From Hydrogenophaga sp. (GTDB lineage Bacteria; Pseudomonadota; Gammaproteobacteria; Burkholderiales; Burkholderiaceae_C), in the NCBI RefSeq assembly GCF_051860785.1, contig NZ_JBIMLB010000016.1, forward strand, positions 9,108-73,107: a stretch of DNA of 64,000 nucleotides, read 5' to 3'. Shown piece after piece: positions 19,733-32,961 of this stretch. Position 1 is the first letter of the stretch; each line of letters opens with the position of its first letter. The position numbers were made by a program, and so were the translations under genes. The notes beneath the pieces are model-generated. The model saw nothing but the letters and a program-made list of their open reading frames with translations, was not told the origin of the DNA and ran no database searches.

Positions 19733-20170
19733 TCAGGGTTTGCCGCGGGCGGCAGATGCACCCGACTGCTGCGTGGCAAACGTGATCTGCACCAGGCCGG
19801 CGCGGCGTGCGGCGTCCATCACGTTGATGACCGACTGGTGGGTGGCGGCCGCGTCGGCACTGATGACGATCACGGTCTCGCGGCTGCTCTGGGCGGCCAG
19901 CGAGAGCACGCGGGTGAGAGCCTCTACGCCCACACCTTCAAGCACTTGCTTGTTGATCGAGTAGCGGCCATCGGAGCCAACGGCCACCACCACCTCGCGC
20001 GGGTTCTGCTTGGGGGCCTGGGCATCGGCCACGGGCAGGTTCACCTGGAGTTCGGTGAACTTGCTGTACGTGGTGGTGAGCATCAGGAAGATCAGCACCA
20101 CCAGCAGGATGTCGATGAACGGGATCAGGTTGATCTCGGGCTCATCGCGCGTTCCGGGCCGGAAGTTCAT
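19733..20170 (-). CDS. ExbD/TolR family protein
   Basis: EINLIPFIDILLVVLIF, with ADAAATHQSVINVMD in the periplasmic domain. Confidence 0.92.
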   Translation of the reverse strand: MNFRPGTRDEPEINLIPFIDILLVVLIFLMLTTTYSKFTELQVNLPVADAQAPKQNPREVVVAVGSDGRYSINKQVLEGVGVEALTRVLSLAAQSSRETVIVISADAAATHQSVINVMDAARRAGLVQITFATQQSGASAARGKP

Positions 20171-20814
20171 AGCGGCGTCCTGCGCAGGCTCAGCAGGTGG
20201 CGGGTGAAGCGTTCGGCGGCCAGTTCCATGCCCAGCAGGTAGTCATCCACACGCGCGCGGAAGTAGCGCCAGAAGATCAGTGCAGGGATGGCCACGATCA
20301 GGCCGAACGCGGTGTTGTACAGAGCGATCGAGATGCCGTGGGCCAGTTGCCCGGGGTTGCCCACGCCAGGCACCACGCCTGCGCCTTCGGAGGCTTGCGA
20401 GCCGAAGATTTCGATCATGCCGATGACGGTGCCCAGCAGGCCCAGCAAGGGCGCGGCCGAGGCAATCGTGGCCAGGGCCCCCAGGTAGCGCTGCAGTTTG
20501 GCGGCGGCCTGACGGCCCGCACCTTCCAGGCTGGCGCGAAGGTCGTCCTCGCTGGCGCGTGGGTTGCTGTTGAAGGTGCGAAAACCGCTGGCCAGCACCG
20601 AGCCGAGCACCGAGTTCTGCTCGAGCTGGGTCACCACATCCGGGCCAGGGATGCCATTGCGTGACACCATGATGGCTTCGTCGAGCAGCTTGGGCGGCAT
20701 GATCTTGCTGGATTTCAGGCTGATGAAGCGCTCGATGACCAGGGCCAGACCCAGCACGGAACAGATGATCAGAGGCCAGATCGGCCAACCGGCGGCTTGT
20801 ATGATGGAAAACAA
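20167..20814 (-). CDS. ExbB/TolQ/MotA family proton-channel protein
   Basis: APLLGLLGTVIGM and ALYNTAFGLIVAIP. TTG start chosen after a GGAG SD. Confidence 0.9.
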   Translation of the reverse strand: MFSIIQAAGWPIWPLIICSVLGLALVIERFISLKSSKIMPPKLLDEAIMVSRNGIPGPDVVTQLEQNSVLGSVLASGFRTFNSNPRASEDDLRASLEGAGRQAAAKLQRYLGALATIASAAPLLGLLGTVIGMIEIFGSQASEGAGVVPGVGNPGQLAHGISIALYNTAFGLIVAIPALIFWRYFRARVDDYLLGMELAAERFTRHLLSLRRTPL

Positions 20815-20971
20815 ATCAGGGCTCCAGTCGACGGCCGCCCGAAGGGGGGCCCGTACGGTCGGACGATTATGTCTCAGCACCTGATGCATCCCTCGGTGGC
20901 CATCCCCCCGAACGCACCGGGTGTCGGACCAGTTCCACACGACATGGAGACCGAACGCCATGCACAGATTC

Positions 20972-20980
20972 TGTGGATAA
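20972..20980 (-). promoter_or_regulatory. Perfect DnaA box (TTATCCACA on the minus strand)
   Basis: TGTGGATAA in the exbB/xseA divergent region, flanked by degenerate boxes. Confidence 0.6.
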
Positions 20981-21174
20981 CTTTGTGAAGAAATCACCTG
21001 AATGGGCTATCGAGGGCGCGTCTGGCGCGGCCTGCGACAGATCGATGACAAAACAGGCAGGTCAAAAGACTTTGAAATCAACGCACTTGCCGCAACGCCG
21101 TGGGTCTTCTGGGTGCAGGCATGCGAAATCCAGTCACGGCGCGGCTTGTGGACACATTTGCATGGGAAAGCCCC

Positions 21175-22455
21175 GTGGCTGAATCATTTTCTGACGATGA
21201 TGCGCGCGCGACGCGGCGCGTGTGGGCAGTTGGGCCGCTGATGCGAGCGGTGGCGGACACCCTGGCCGCGCGCTTCAATCCGGTAGCGGTCCGCGGCGAA
21301 CTTTCCGGCTTCTCGCGCGCGGCCAGCGGGCATTGCTACTTCTCCCTGAAGGACGACGGCGGACAAGTGCGCTGCGCCATGTTCCGGCGAGCCGCCGACC
21401 AGCTCGACTTTGCACCGCGCGACGGGCAACTCGTTGAGGCGCGCGGCAAGCTCGATGTCTACGGACCTCGGGGCGACTTGCAGCTCATTGTGGAGAGCCT
21501 AAAGCCCGGAGGGCAGGGCACGCTTTTCGAGCAGTTCCTCCAGCTCAAGGCCCAGCTGGAAGACGAGGGTCTGTTCGAGGCGGCGCGCAAGCGGCCGCTG
21601 CCTGCCCAGCCACGTGGCATTGGCGTGGTGACTTCGCTGGGCGCCGCTGCGCTGCGCGACGTGGGGACTGCGCTGCGGCGACGAGCGCCGCACATTCCCG
21701 TGGTGATCTACCCCGCCGCGGTGCAGGGCCAACAGGCGCCCGGCGAACTGTGTGCGGCACTGCGCACGGCCTACGCACGCGCCGAATGCGATGTGCTCCT
21801 GCTCGTGCGCGGGGGCGGGTCGCTCGAAGACCTGTGGTCCTTCAACGATCCCACGCTGGTGCGCACCATTGCCCAGGCACCCATGCCGGTGGTCTGTGGC
21901 GTCGGCCACGAGACCGATTTCACCCTGGCCGATTTTGTCGCCGACCTGCGCGCACCCACGCCCACCGCCGCCGCCGAGCTTTGTGCGCCGGCCCGCGAGC
22001 AACGTCTAGGCGAACTGGAATACATCCATGAGCGCCTGAGCTCGACGGTTCTGGGCGTCCTTGACCAGCAAGGCCAGCGACTGGATCGGCTGGCGCAGCG
22101 GCTCGGTCGCCCATCGACCCGCCTGCACGACAGCCAGCAGCAACTCACCCGTCTGCAACACCGTCTGCAAAGTGGCGTCATGCTCGCGGCGCAGTTGCAG
22201 CGCAATCGCCTTCGTGCCTTGCAGACGGCCCTGCCGCTGGCGCGGCAACGGGCGCTGGATCGCCAGCACACCCGACTTCAGCGTGCCGAGGTGGCGTTGG
22301 GCATGCTTGACCCGCGCCTCGTGCTGCAGCGGGGTTACGCCTTCCTCACCGACGAGGGTGGACATGCGCTCACGCGCGCCGCGCAGGCCCAGCCAGGGCA
22401 AGCTTTGCGCGCCACCCTGGCCGACGGTGAACTCGGGCTGCACGTCGATCCCTGA
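21175..22455 (+). CDS. xseA: Exodeoxyribonuclease VII large subunit
   Basis: GELSGF..SGHCYFSLKD, RGGGSLEDL, VGHETD and PTPTAAAE. Start uncertain (GTG at 21175 chosen). Confidence 0.95.
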   Translation: MAESFSDDDARATRRVWAVGPLMRAVADTLAARFNPVAVRGELSGFSRAASGHCYFSLKDDGGQVRCAMFRRAADQLDFAPRDGQLVEARGKLDVYGPRGDLQLIVESLKPGGQGTLFEQFLQLKAQLEDEGLFEAARKRPLPAQPRGIGVVTSLGAAALRDVGTALRRRAPHIPVVIYPAAVQGQQAPGELCAALRTAYARAECDVLLLVRGGGSLEDLWSFNDPTLVRTIAQAPMPVVCGVGHETDFTLADFVADLRAPTPTAAAELCAPAREQRLGELEYIHERLSSTVLGVLDQQGQRLDRLAQRLGRPSTRLHDSQQQLTRLQHRLQSGVMLAAQLQRNRLRALQTALPLARQRALDRQHTRLQRAEVALGMLDPRLVLQRGYAFLTDEGGHALTRAAQAQPGQALRATLADGELGLHVDP

Positions 22456-22587
22456 GACGTGGGGACGGCGCGAGAAACCATGCTCGCCTTGCCGTTAGTG
22501 GCCTTGCCTACAATGCATCGCTGTTGACCTGCTGCTCCTTCGCGTGGCAGTCAGGCACGTTTCACAACACCAACACAAGAGGACCCC

Positions 22588-23169
22588 ATGGAACACACGC
22601 TCCCCGCACTGCCTTACGACCTCGATGCCCTGGCTCCCCATTACAGCCGCGAAACCCTGGAGTTTCACCATGGCAAGCACCACAACGCCTATGTGGTGAA
22701 CCTCAACAATCTGCAGAAGGGGACCGAGTTCGAAAGCCTCGACCTCGAATCCATCGTGAAGAAGTCCAGTGGCGGCATCTACAACAACGCCGCGCAGATC
22801 TGGAACCACACCTTTTTCTGGAACTGCATGAAGCCCAATGGCGGCGGCGAGCCTTCCGGCAAGCTGGCTGAGGCCATCACCGCCAAGTGGGGCAGCTACG
22901 CTGCATTCAAGGAAGCCTTCGTCAAATCGGCTGTGGGCAACTTCGGCTCGGGCTGGACCTGGCTGGTGAAGAAGGCTGACGGCACCGTCGATATCGTCAA
23001 CATGGGCGCCGCCGGCACCCCGCTGACCACGGGCGACAAGGCCCTGCTGACCGTGGACGTGTGGGAACACGCCTACTACATTGACTACCGCAACCTGCGT
23101 CCGAAGTTTGTGGAGACCTATCTGGACAAGCTGGTGAACTGGTCCTTCGCCGAAAAGAACTTCGGCTGA
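22588..23169 (+). CDS. sodB: Fe superoxide dismutase
   Basis: [15 protein letters not shown] (Fe-type) and DVWEHAYY. Confidence 0.95.
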   Translation: MEHTLPALPYDLDALAPHYSRETLEFHHGKHHNAYVVNLNNLQKGTEFESLDLESIVKKSSGGIYNNAAQIWNHTFFWNCMKPNGGGEPSGKLAEAITAKWGSYAAFKEAFVKSAVGNFGSGWTWLVKKADGTVDIVNMGAAGTPLTTGDKALLTVDVWEHAYYIDYRNLRPKFVETYLDKLVNWSFAEKNFG

Positions 23170-23190
23170 GCCACCGTCGATGCACAAGCC

Positions 23191-23224
23191 GGGCTCGAAG
23201 GGCAACCTTCGGGCCCTTTTTGTT
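23191..23224 (+). terminator. Intrinsic terminator after sodB
   Basis: GGGCTCGAAGG-GCAA-CCTTCGGGCCC followed by TTTTTT. Confidence 0.8.
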
Positions 23225-23406
23225 GAGTGCAGCTGAAAAAAAATGAAGATTTTCGAGTCGCCTTTCTGCATTGTGGGAATGGCGTTCCAAAATGGGCACT
23301 CCTGCCGGACCGCTGAAAGCAAAATCACGGATGGTGCCGAGCCCGAGCCCGGACAACACAGCCGGCCCGGCCGGCGGCATACCCCAACAATCTCTGGAGA
23401 TACGCA

Positions 23407-25644
23407 ATGAGCAGCCAGCAACCCACCATCATCTACACGCTTACGGACGAAGCACCCCTGCTGGCCACCAGTGCGTTCCTGCCCATCATCCGCACCTTCG
23501 CGGCTCCCGCTGGCGTGAACGTGGCCACCAGCGACATCTCTGTGGCTGCGCGTGTGCTTGCCGCCTTCCCGGAGAGCCTGACCGAAGCTCAGCGCGTCCC
23601 GGATCATCTGGCCGAACTGGGCAAGCTCACGCTCAAGCCGGAAGCCAACATCATCAAGCTGCCCAACATCAGCGCCTCTGTGGCGCAACTCATGGCCTGC
23701 ATCAAGGAGTTGCAGGCCAAGGGCTACAAGATCCCGGATTACCCCGAGAACCCGAAGACGGACGAGGAAAAGGACATTCGTGCGCGCTACGCCAAGTGCA
23801 CCGGCAGTGCGGTGAACCCTGTGCTGCGCGAAGGCAACTCGGATCGGCGTGCGCCCAAGGCGGTGAAGGAATACGCGCGCAAGAATCCCCACAGCATGGG
23901 TGAGTGGAGTCAGGCCTCCCGCTCGCACGTCTCGCACATGCACGCGGGCGACTTCTACCATGGCGAGAAGTCCATGACCTTGGACAAGGCGCGCGACGTC
24001 AAGATGGAACTGCTCACCGCGAGCGGCAAGACCATCGTCCTCAAGCCCAAGGTTTCGCTGCTGGACCGCGAGATCGTGGATTCCATGTTCATGAGCAAGA
24101 AGGCCCTGCTGGCCTTCTACGAGAGGGAAATCGAGGACGCCCACAAGACTGGCGTGATGTTCTCGCTGCACGTCAAGGCCACCATGATGAAGGTGTCCCA
24201 CCCCATCGTTTTCGGCCACTGCGTAAAGATCTTCTACAAGCAGGCCTTTGAGAAACACGGCAAGCTCTTCGACGAGTTGGGCGTCAATGTCAACAACGGC
24301 ATGGTCGATCTGTACAACAAGATCGGCACCCTGCCGCAGAGCAAGCAGGACGAGATCAAGCGCGACCTGCATGCCTGCCACGAAGGCCGGCCGGAACTCG
24401 CCATGGTTGATTCTGCCAAGGGCATCACCAACTTCCATTCGCCCAACGACGTGATCGTTGACGCGTCCATGCCGGCCATGATCCGCAACAGCGGCAAGAT
24501 GTGGGGCGCCGATGGTCGCCTGAAGGACGTCAAGGCCGTGATGCCCGAGTCGACCTTCGCCCGCATCTACCAGGAGATGATCAACTTCTGCAAATGGCAC
24601 GGCGCGTTCGATCCCAAGACCATGGGCACCGTGCCCAACGTGGGCCTGATGGCCCAGCAGGCCGAGGAATACGGCTCGCACGACAAGACGTTCGAGATTC
24701 CCGAAGACGGCGTGGCCAACATCACCGACCTGGCCACCGGCGAGGTGCTGATGAGCCAGAACGTGGAGCAGGGCGATATCTGGCGCATGTGTCAGGTGAA
24801 GGACGCTGCCATCCGCGACTGGGTCAAGCTTGCCGTCAACCGCGCGCGCAACTCGGGCATGCCGGTGGTGTTCTGGCTCGATCAGTACCGCCCGCATGAG
24901 GCACAGCTGATCACCAAGGTGAGGATGTACCTGCACGAGCACAACACGGCCGGCCTGGACATCCAGATCATGAGCCAGGTGCGCGCCATGCGCTACACCC
25001 TGGAGCGCGTGATCCGTGGCCTGGACACCATCAGCGCCACCGGCAACATCCTGCGCGACTACCTCACCGACCTGTTCCCCATCATGGAACTCGGCACCTC
25101 GGCCAAGATGCTGTCCATCGTGCCGCTGATGGCCGGCGGTGGCATGTACGAAACCGGTGCCGGCGGCTCCGCGCCCAAGCACGTGCAGCAGCTGGTGGAA
25201 GAAAACCACCTGCGCTGGGATTCGTTGGGCGAGTTCCTGGCACTCGCGGTTTCGCTCGAGGACCTGGGCCTGAAAACGGGCAATGCGCAGGCCAAGATCC
25301 TGGCGCGCACGCTCGATTCAGCCACCGGAAAACTGCTGGACAACAACAAGAACCCGTCGCCCAAGACCGGCCAGCTCGACAACCGGGGCAGCCAGTTCTA
25401 CCTGGCGCTGTACTGGGCGCAGGAACTGGCGGCTCAAACGGAAGACCCGGCCCTGGCCGCCAGGTTTGCGCCGCTGGCGAAACAGCTGGCGGACAACGAG
25501 AAAACCATCGTGGCCGAACTGGCCGAGGTGCAGGGCAAGGCCGTGGACATCGGGGGCTACTACAAGCCCGATTTCGACAAGCTCGAAACCATCATGCGCC
25601 CCAGCAAGACCTTCAACGCCGCGCTAGCTTCGATGAAGGCCTGA
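23407..25644 (+). CDS. idh: Monomeric NADP-isocitrate dehydrogenase
   Basis: 745 aa. [28 protein letters not shown] and [11 protein letters not shown]. Confidence 0.96.
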   Translation: MSSQQPTIIYTLTDEAPLLATSAFLPIIRTFAAPAGVNVATSDISVAARVLAAFPESLTEAQRVPDHLAELGKLTLKPEANIIKLPNISASVAQLMACIKELQAKGYKIPDYPENPKTDEEKDIRARYAKCTGSAVNPVLREGNSDRRAPKAVKEYARKNPHSMGEWSQASRSHVSHMHAGDFYHGEKSMTLDKARDVKMELLTASGKTIVLKPKVSLLDREIVDSMFMSKKALLAFYEREIEDAHKTGVMFSLHVKATMMKVSHPIVFGHCVKIFYKQAFEKHGKLFDELGVNVNNGMVDLYNKIGTLPQSKQDEIKRDLHACHEGRPELAMVDSAKGITNFHSPNDVIVDASMPAMIRNSGKMWGADGRLKDVKAVMPESTFARIYQEMINFCKWHGAFDPKTMGTVPNVGLMAQQAEEYGSHDKTFEIPEDGVANITDLATGEVLMSQNVEQGDIWRMCQVKDAAIRDWVKLAVNRARNSGMPVVFWLDQYRPHEAQLITKVRMYLHEHNTAGLDIQIMSQVRAMRYTLERVIRGLDTISATGNILRDYLTDLFPIMELGTSAKMLSIVPLMAGGGMYETGAGGSAPKHVQQLVEENHLRWDSLGEFLALAVSLEDLGLKTGNAQAKILARTLDSATGKLLDNNKNPSPKTGQLDNRGSQFYLALYWAQELAAQTEDPALAARFAPLAKQLADNEKTIVAELAEVQGKAVDIGGYYKPDFDKLETIMRPSKTFNAALASMKA

Positions 25645-25653
25645 AGTTCCCTG

Positions 25654-25673
25654 GGCCGCGGGAAACCGCGGCC
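25654..25673. terminator. GC hairpin between convergent idh and DUF192 genes
   Basis: GGCCGCGG-GAAA-CCGCGGCC, with no U-tract. Confidence 0.35.
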
Positions 25674-26125
25674 TATCGGGTGAAGGGCGAGCCGGCCAGC
25701 TTCGAGCCGGCCTTGAGACCGCGCTTGGCGAACCAGCCCTGGTGCATTTCCAGTACGAAGCGCACCGGTTTTGCCGAGCAATGGGAGTCCAGGCTTTGCG
25801 GGTGCATGTCCGCCAGGTTGACAATGGTGCCGTCGTCGGCGATGAAGGCGGCCGTCAGCGGAAGGAAGGTGTTCTTCATCCAGAAACATTGCCCGCCCGG
25901 CTGCTCGAACACGAACAGCATGCCCTCGTTGGCCGGCATTTCCTTGCGGAACATGAGGCCGGTGGCTCGCTGCTCCGGCGTGGACACCACCTGAGCGTTG
26001 ATCAGGTACATCCCCGCCGACAGCTGCACCCTGGGCAGTTGCAACTGCGGCGATTCCGACTGCGCCCAGGCCGGACCGGCGAAGACGATGAGCAGGCAGA
26101 ACAGGTGGATGAGCAGGCGTTTCAT
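25673..26125 (-). CDS. DUF192 family exported protein
   Basis: Signal peptide, [20 protein letters not shown] and VLEM. Confidence 0.88.
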   Translation of the reverse strand: MKRLLIHLFCLLIVFAGPAWAQSESPQLQLPRVQLSAGMYLINAQVVSTPEQRATGLMFRKEMPANEGMLFVFEQPGGQCFWMKNTFLPLTAAFIADDGTIVNLADMHPQSLDSHCSAKPVRFVLEMHQGWFAKRGLKAGSKLAGSPFTR

Positions 26126-26244
26126 GGGGGCAGGGCGGTAGATCGCATCGACGTTGCATTGTGCGTCAATCGACCTTGTCTCCAGGGGCGCAGACTAGAA
26201 TTTCCCTTTCCCTCGACTCCATTCCCTCCCAGAGACGCCCGTCC

Positions 26245-27498
26245 ATGTACCAGCACATCCAGGTTCCCGCCCAGGGCCAGAAGATCACCGTCAACGCCGA
26301 CATGTCCCTGAATGTGCCCGACGAACCTATCGTGCCATTCATCGAAGGCGACGGGACGGGACTGGACATCACGCCGGTGATGCTCAAGGTGGTGGACGCC
26401 GCCGTGGCCAAGGCGTATGGCGGGAAGCGCAGAATCCACTGGATGGAGGTGTACGCGGGCGAGAAGTCGACCCGGGTCTATGGTCCGGATGTCTGGCTTC
26501 CCGAGGAGACCCTTGCGGTGCTGCGTGAGTATGTGGTTTCCATCAAGGGGCCACTGACGACGCCGGTGGGTGGTGGCATCCGCTCGCTCAACGTGGCTCT
26601 GCGCCAGGAACTCGACCTCTACGTCTGCCTGCGCCCCGTGCAGTACTTCAAGGGCGTGCCCTCGCCGCTGAAGGAGCCCGAGAAGACCAACATGGTGATC
26701 TTCCGCGAGAACTCCGAAGACATCTACGCCGGTATCGAGTACGAGGCCGAATCCGACAAGGCGAAGAAGCTGATCAAATTCCTGACCGAAGAAATGGGTG
26801 TCACCAAGATCCGTTTCCCCAACACGTCGGGCATTGGCGTCAAGCCGGTCTCGCGCGAGGGCACCGAGCGCCTGATGCGCAAGGCCATCCAGTACGCCGT
26901 CGACAACGACAAGCCCAATGTGACCATCGTGCACAAGGGCAACATCATGAAATACACCGAGGGCGGCTTTCGCGACTGGGCCTATTCACTGTCGCAAAAG
27001 GAGTTCGGCGCCCAGCCGATTGATGGTGGCCCCTGGTGCCGGTTCAAGAATCCCCGCACCGGACGCGACATCATCATCAAGGACAGCATTGCCGATGCCT
27101 TCCTGCAGCAGATCCTGTTGCGCCCCGCCGAGTATTCGGTGGTGGCCACGCTCAACCTCAACGGCGACTACATCTCCGACGCCCTGGCCGCGCAGGTGGG
27201 CGGCATCGGCATCGCCCCGGGTGCCAATCTGTCGGATACCGTGGCCTGCTTCGAGGCCACGCACGGCACGGCCCCCAAATATGCGGGTAAGGACTATGTG
27301 AACCCGGGCTCGGAAATCCTTTCTGCCGAGATGATGCTCCGGCATATGGGCTGGAAGGAGGCCGCAGACCTGATCATCAGTTCCCTGGAGAAAGCCATCC
27401 TCAGCAAGAAGGTCACTTACGACTTTGCCCGGCTGATGGATGGCGCCACGCAGGTGAGTTGCTCGGGTTTTGGCGAGGTGATGATCGACAACATGTAG
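26245..27498 (+). CDS. icd: Homodimeric NADP-isocitrate dehydrogenase
   Basis: [25 protein letters not shown] and HGTAPKYAG. Confidence 0.97.
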   Translation: MYQHIQVPAQGQKITVNADMSLNVPDEPIVPFIEGDGTGLDITPVMLKVVDAAVAKAYGGKRRIHWMEVYAGEKSTRVYGPDVWLPEETLAVLREYVVSIKGPLTTPVGGGIRSLNVALRQELDLYVCLRPVQYFKGVPSPLKEPEKTNMVIFRENSEDIYAGIEYEAESDKAKKLIKFLTEEMGVTKIRFPNTSGIGVKPVSREGTERLMRKAIQYAVDNDKPNVTIVHKGNIMKYTEGGFRDWAYSLSQKEFGAQPIDGGPWCRFKNPRTGRDIIIKDSIADAFLQQILLRPAEYSVVATLNLNGDYISDALAAQVGGIGIAPGANLSDTVACFEATHGTAPKYAGKDYVNPGSEILSAEMMLRHMGWKEAADLIISSLEKAILSKKVTYDFARLMDGATQVSCSGFGEVMIDNM

Positions 27499-27544
27499 GG
27501 GGGTAGTCGCCGACTCCTGCTACAGGCTGCGCCAGCCTGCGAAC

Positions 27545-27568
27545 AAGCGTTCAAATGACGCTTTTCTT
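27545..27568 (+). terminator. Possible terminator after icd
   Basis: AAGCGT...ACGCTT followed by TTCTT. A second hairpin CAGGCTG-CGC-CAGCCTG lies at 27523-27539. Confidence 0.4.
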
Positions 27569-27727
27569 CACGGTTTTCCTGTCCGCTTTGGATTCACAAT
27601 GAGGCATGGACGATCGCGCCGCCACCGCTGCTCCACGGAGTCCGGGTCAAGCCATCTCATGCTCGATCCAGGTTTTCCCATTCCCGCACGTCGCTGCGGA
27701 CACAGGCGCGCCGCTAGAATCATTTTC

Positions 27728-28084
27728 ATGGCCACCCAGAACCCGAAAAAACCACCCAACCCCGTCGCTCCACCCAGCGTGGGCAGCGACGACGCGGTGG
27801 TGCTTGAGCGGCGCGCTCAGCGCACGCTCCCACCCCAGATGTTCCAGGTGGTGCTGCTCAACGACGATTTCACACCCATGGAATTCGTGGTGCACGTCAT
27901 CCAGGAGTACTTCAGCAAGGACCGTGAAACCGCCACCCAGATCATGCTCAAGATCCATCTGGAAGGGAAAGGCATCTGCGGGGTGTATTCCCGCGATGTG
28001 GCCAGCACCAAAGTGGACCAGGTCCTGCAGGCAGCCCGCGCGTCGGGGCATCCACTGCAATGCATGAGTGAGCCTGTTGAATAA
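27728..28084 (+). CDS. clpS: N-degron adaptor ClpS
   Basis: [13 protein letters not shown] and IMLKIH..GKG, directly upstream of clpA. Confidence 0.96.
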   Translation: MATQNPKKPPNPVAPPSVGSDDAVVLERRAQRTLPPQMFQVVLLNDDFTPMEFVVHVIQEYFSKDRETATQIMLKIHLEGKGICGVYSRDVASTKVDQVLQAARASGHPLQCMSEPVE

Positions 28085-28173
28085 GCCCGAACCCCCCCCA
28101 TCTGCACGCCGTACCCCATACTTGTATCCAACCGATTGCTTGTCAAATCATCCCCATCCCAAAGGACGTGCCC

Positions 28174-30510
<2,337 letters not shown>

Positions 30511-30530
30511 ACGCGGCGGTTCACAGAAAC

Positions 30531-30565
30531 AAAAAAAGCCCGGTGCAAACCGGGCTTTTTCTTTT
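30531..30565. terminator. Bidirectional terminator between clpA and the DUF853 gene
   Basis: A7-GCCCGGT-GCAA-ACCGGGC-T5. Confidence 0.85.
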
Positions 30566-30580
30566 CCAGCAGCTCGCGGA

Positions 30581-32122
30581 TCAGCGTGACTTGCCGCCCA
30601 GCAGTCCACCCAGCACGCCACGCAGGAGTTGCCTGCCCAGGCCGCTGGCGACGGTTCGCGCAGCGGTCTTTGCCATGGTCTGCACGAGCCCGTCGTACTG
30701 ACCGCCTCGAGGACCGGTCCGACCGAAGAGCACCTCGTTGATTGCGCTTTTCTCTTCTGCAGGCGCTTCTCTGGACGCGCCCGGAATGCGGGGCGCCTTG
30801 GCCGCAGGTTTGCCGGCCGCCTCGGGTGTTTCCGCTTCGCCGCGTGCGCTCGCGTGCGACTGGAACATCTCGTAAGCGCTTTCGCGGTCCACCACCTTCT
30901 CGTACACGCCGGCCACCAGGGAATTCTGGCGCAGTTGCCGGCGCTGGTCGTCTGTGATGGGGCCGAGCTGGCTGCCCGGCGGGATAACGAAGACCCGCTC
31001 GGTTTCGCTCGGCCGGCCCTTGGCGTCGAGCAGGCTCACGAGCGCCTCGCCAACGGCGAGCTCGGTGATGGCAGCTTCGATGTCCAGCCCGGCCTTGGGT
31101 CGCATGGTTTGCGCGGTGGACTTCACGGCTTTCTGGTCGCGCGGGGTGAACGCACGCAGCGCGTGCTGCACGCGGTTGCCGAGCTGGCCGAGCACGCTGT
31201 CGGGGATGTCCAGCGGGTTCTGCGTCACGAAGTAGACCCCGACGCCCTTGGAGCGCACCAGGCGCACCACCAGTTCGATGCGTTCGATCAGCACCTTGGG
31301 CGCCTCGTTGAACAACAGGTGGGCCTCGTCGAAGAAGAACACCAGCTTCGGTTTTTCCGGGTCACCGATCTCGGGCAGCGTCTCGAACAGCTCGGAGAGC
31401 ATCCAAAGCAGGAAGGTGGCGTACAGGCGCGGCGCGTTCATGAGCTTGTCGGCCGCCAGGATGTTGATCACGCCCTTGCCGTCCACGGTCTGCATGAAGT
31501 CGCTGATGTCGAGCATGGGCTCGCCGAAGAACTTGTCGCCGCCTTGCTGCTCGACCTGCATCAGCCCGCGCTGGATGGCGCCGATGCTGGCCGCGCTGAT
31601 GTTGCCGTACTCGGTGGTGAACTGCTTGGCGTTGTCACCGATGTGCTGGAGCATGGCCCGCAGGTCTTTCATGTCGAGCAGCAGCAGGCCGTTGTCGTCG
31701 GCGATCTTGAAGACGAGATTCAGCACGCCGGCCTGCGTGTCGTTGAGGTTGAGCATGCGCGCGAGCAGCAGCGGGCCCATGTCGCTGATGGTGGCGCGCA
31801 CCGGGTGGCCGAGTTCACCGAACACATCCCACAGCGTGGTGGGGCAGGCCTGGGAAGCGGGCAGGGTGATGCCACGGTCCTGCAGCACCTTGGCCAGCTT
31901 CTCGCCAAAGCTGCCTTTCTGGCTGATGCCCGAGAGGTCGCCTTTCACGTCGGCCATGAACACCGGCACACCGATGTTCGAGAACTGTTCGGCCAGGGTC
32001 TGCAGCGTCACGGTCTTGCCGGTGCCGGTGGCGCCGGTGATGAGACCGTGGCGGTTGGCCAGCCCGGGCAGCAACTGGCACGTGGTGTTGGCATTCTGGG
32101 CGATCGGCATCGGTTCGGCCAT
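30581..32122 (-). CDS. HerA-like ATPase (DUF853/YjgR)
   Basis: [23 protein letters not shown] and [14 protein letters not shown]. Confidence 0.9.
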   Translation of the reverse strand: MAEPMPIAQNANTTCQLLPGLANRHGLITGATGTGKTVTLQTLAEQFSNIGVPVFMADVKGDLSGISQKGSFGEKLAKVLQDRGITLPASQACPTTLWDVFGELGHPVRATISDMGPLLLARMLNLNDTQAGVLNLVFKIADDNGLLLLDMKDLRAMLQHIGDNAKQFTTEYGNISAASIGAIQRGLMQVEQQGGDKFFGEPMLDISDFMQTVDGKGVINILAADKLMNAPRLYATFLLWMLSELFETLPEIGDPEKPKLVFFFDEAHLLFNEAPKVLIERIELVVRLVRSKGVGVYFVTQNPLDIPDSVLGQLGNRVQHALRAFTPRDQKAVKSTAQTMRPKAGLDIEAAITELAVGEALVSLLDAKGRPSETERVFVIPPGSQLGPITDDQRRQLRQNSLVAGVYEKVVDRESAYEMFQSHASARGEAETPEAAGKPAAKAPRIPGASREAPAEEKSAINEVLFGRTGPRGGQYDGLVQTMAKTAARTVASGLGRQLLRGVLGGLLGGKSR

Positions 32123-32224
32123 GGTGATGTCTTCCTGGAGGGGCGTTGTTCGGGGCGCAGTGGGTGAAAACGTAAAATCGCAGGCTTATTAGATCAAAGC
32201 CAGAACAGGCTGAAGGACAATTTC

Positions 32225-32950
32225 GTGGCCGGACACAGCAAATGGGCAAATATTCAGCACCGCAAGGGACGCCAGGACGAGAAGCGGGGCAAGATCTGGA
32301 CGCGAGTCATCCGTGAAATCACGGTGGCAGCCCGCCAGGGTGGCGGCGACCCTGCCATGAATCCTCGCCTGAGGCTGGCCATCGACAAGGCCAAGGCCGC
32401 CAACATGCCGGCCGACCGCATCAAGTACAACGTGGACAAGGCCTCGGGCAATCTGGAAGGCCAGGCGCTGGAGGAAATCCGCTACGAGGGCTACGGCATC
32501 GGCGGCGCAGCGGTGATTGTCGACACCATGACCGACAACCGGGTTCGCACCGTGGCCGAGGTGCGTCATGCCTTCAGCAAGTACGGCGGCAACCTGGGCA
32601 CCGACGGCTCGGTGTCCTTTCAGTTCAAGCACTGCGGCCAACTCATCTTCGCGCCTGGCACCTCCGAGGACAAGGTGATGGAAATCGCCCTGGAAGCGGG
32701 TGCGGACGACGTGATCAGCGACGACGAAGGTGCCATCGAGGTGTTGACCTCGCCCATCGAGTTCGAGGCGGTGAAGAACGCACTGGAGGCCGCAGGACTC
32801 AAGTCCGAGGTGTCCGAGGTCACCATGCGCGCCGAAAACACCATCCCGCTTGCCGGTGATGACGCAGCGCGCATGCAGAAGCTGCTGGACGTGCTGGAAG
32901 ACCTGGACGATGTCCAGGAAGTCTTCCACAACGCTGAAATCTCGGAATAA
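32225..32950 (+). CDS. yebC: YebC/PmpR family protein
   Basis: [20 protein letters not shown] and TDNRVRT. Confidence 0.96.
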   Translation: MAGHSKWANIQHRKGRQDEKRGKIWTRVIREITVAARQGGGDPAMNPRLRLAIDKAKAANMPADRIKYNVDKASGNLEGQALEEIRYEGYGIGGAAVIVDTMTDNRVRTVAEVRHAFSKYGGNLGTDGSVSFQFKHCGQLIFAPGTSEDKVMEIALEAGADDVISDDEGAIEVLTSPIEFEAVKNALEAAGLKSEVSEVTMRAENTIPLAGDDAARMQKLLDVLEDLDDVQEVFHNAEISE

Positions 32951-32961
32951 GGCGACCGCTG

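Noticed and set aside
20931-21155. oriC
   Set aside because: Too few boxes, no DUE-like AT-rich repeats, flanking genes atypical for an origin, and no switch in KOPS polarity.
22495-25209. 904-aa antisense ORF spanning idh and sodB
   Set aside because: Mirror frame of GC3-biased genes with no motifs. The same applies to the other long antisense ORFs (485-1660, 9018-10370, 27817-29058, 29083-30621, 30629-32167, 38084-39661, 40172-42025, 48372-50339, 50970-52547, 56979-59204, 60191-61975).
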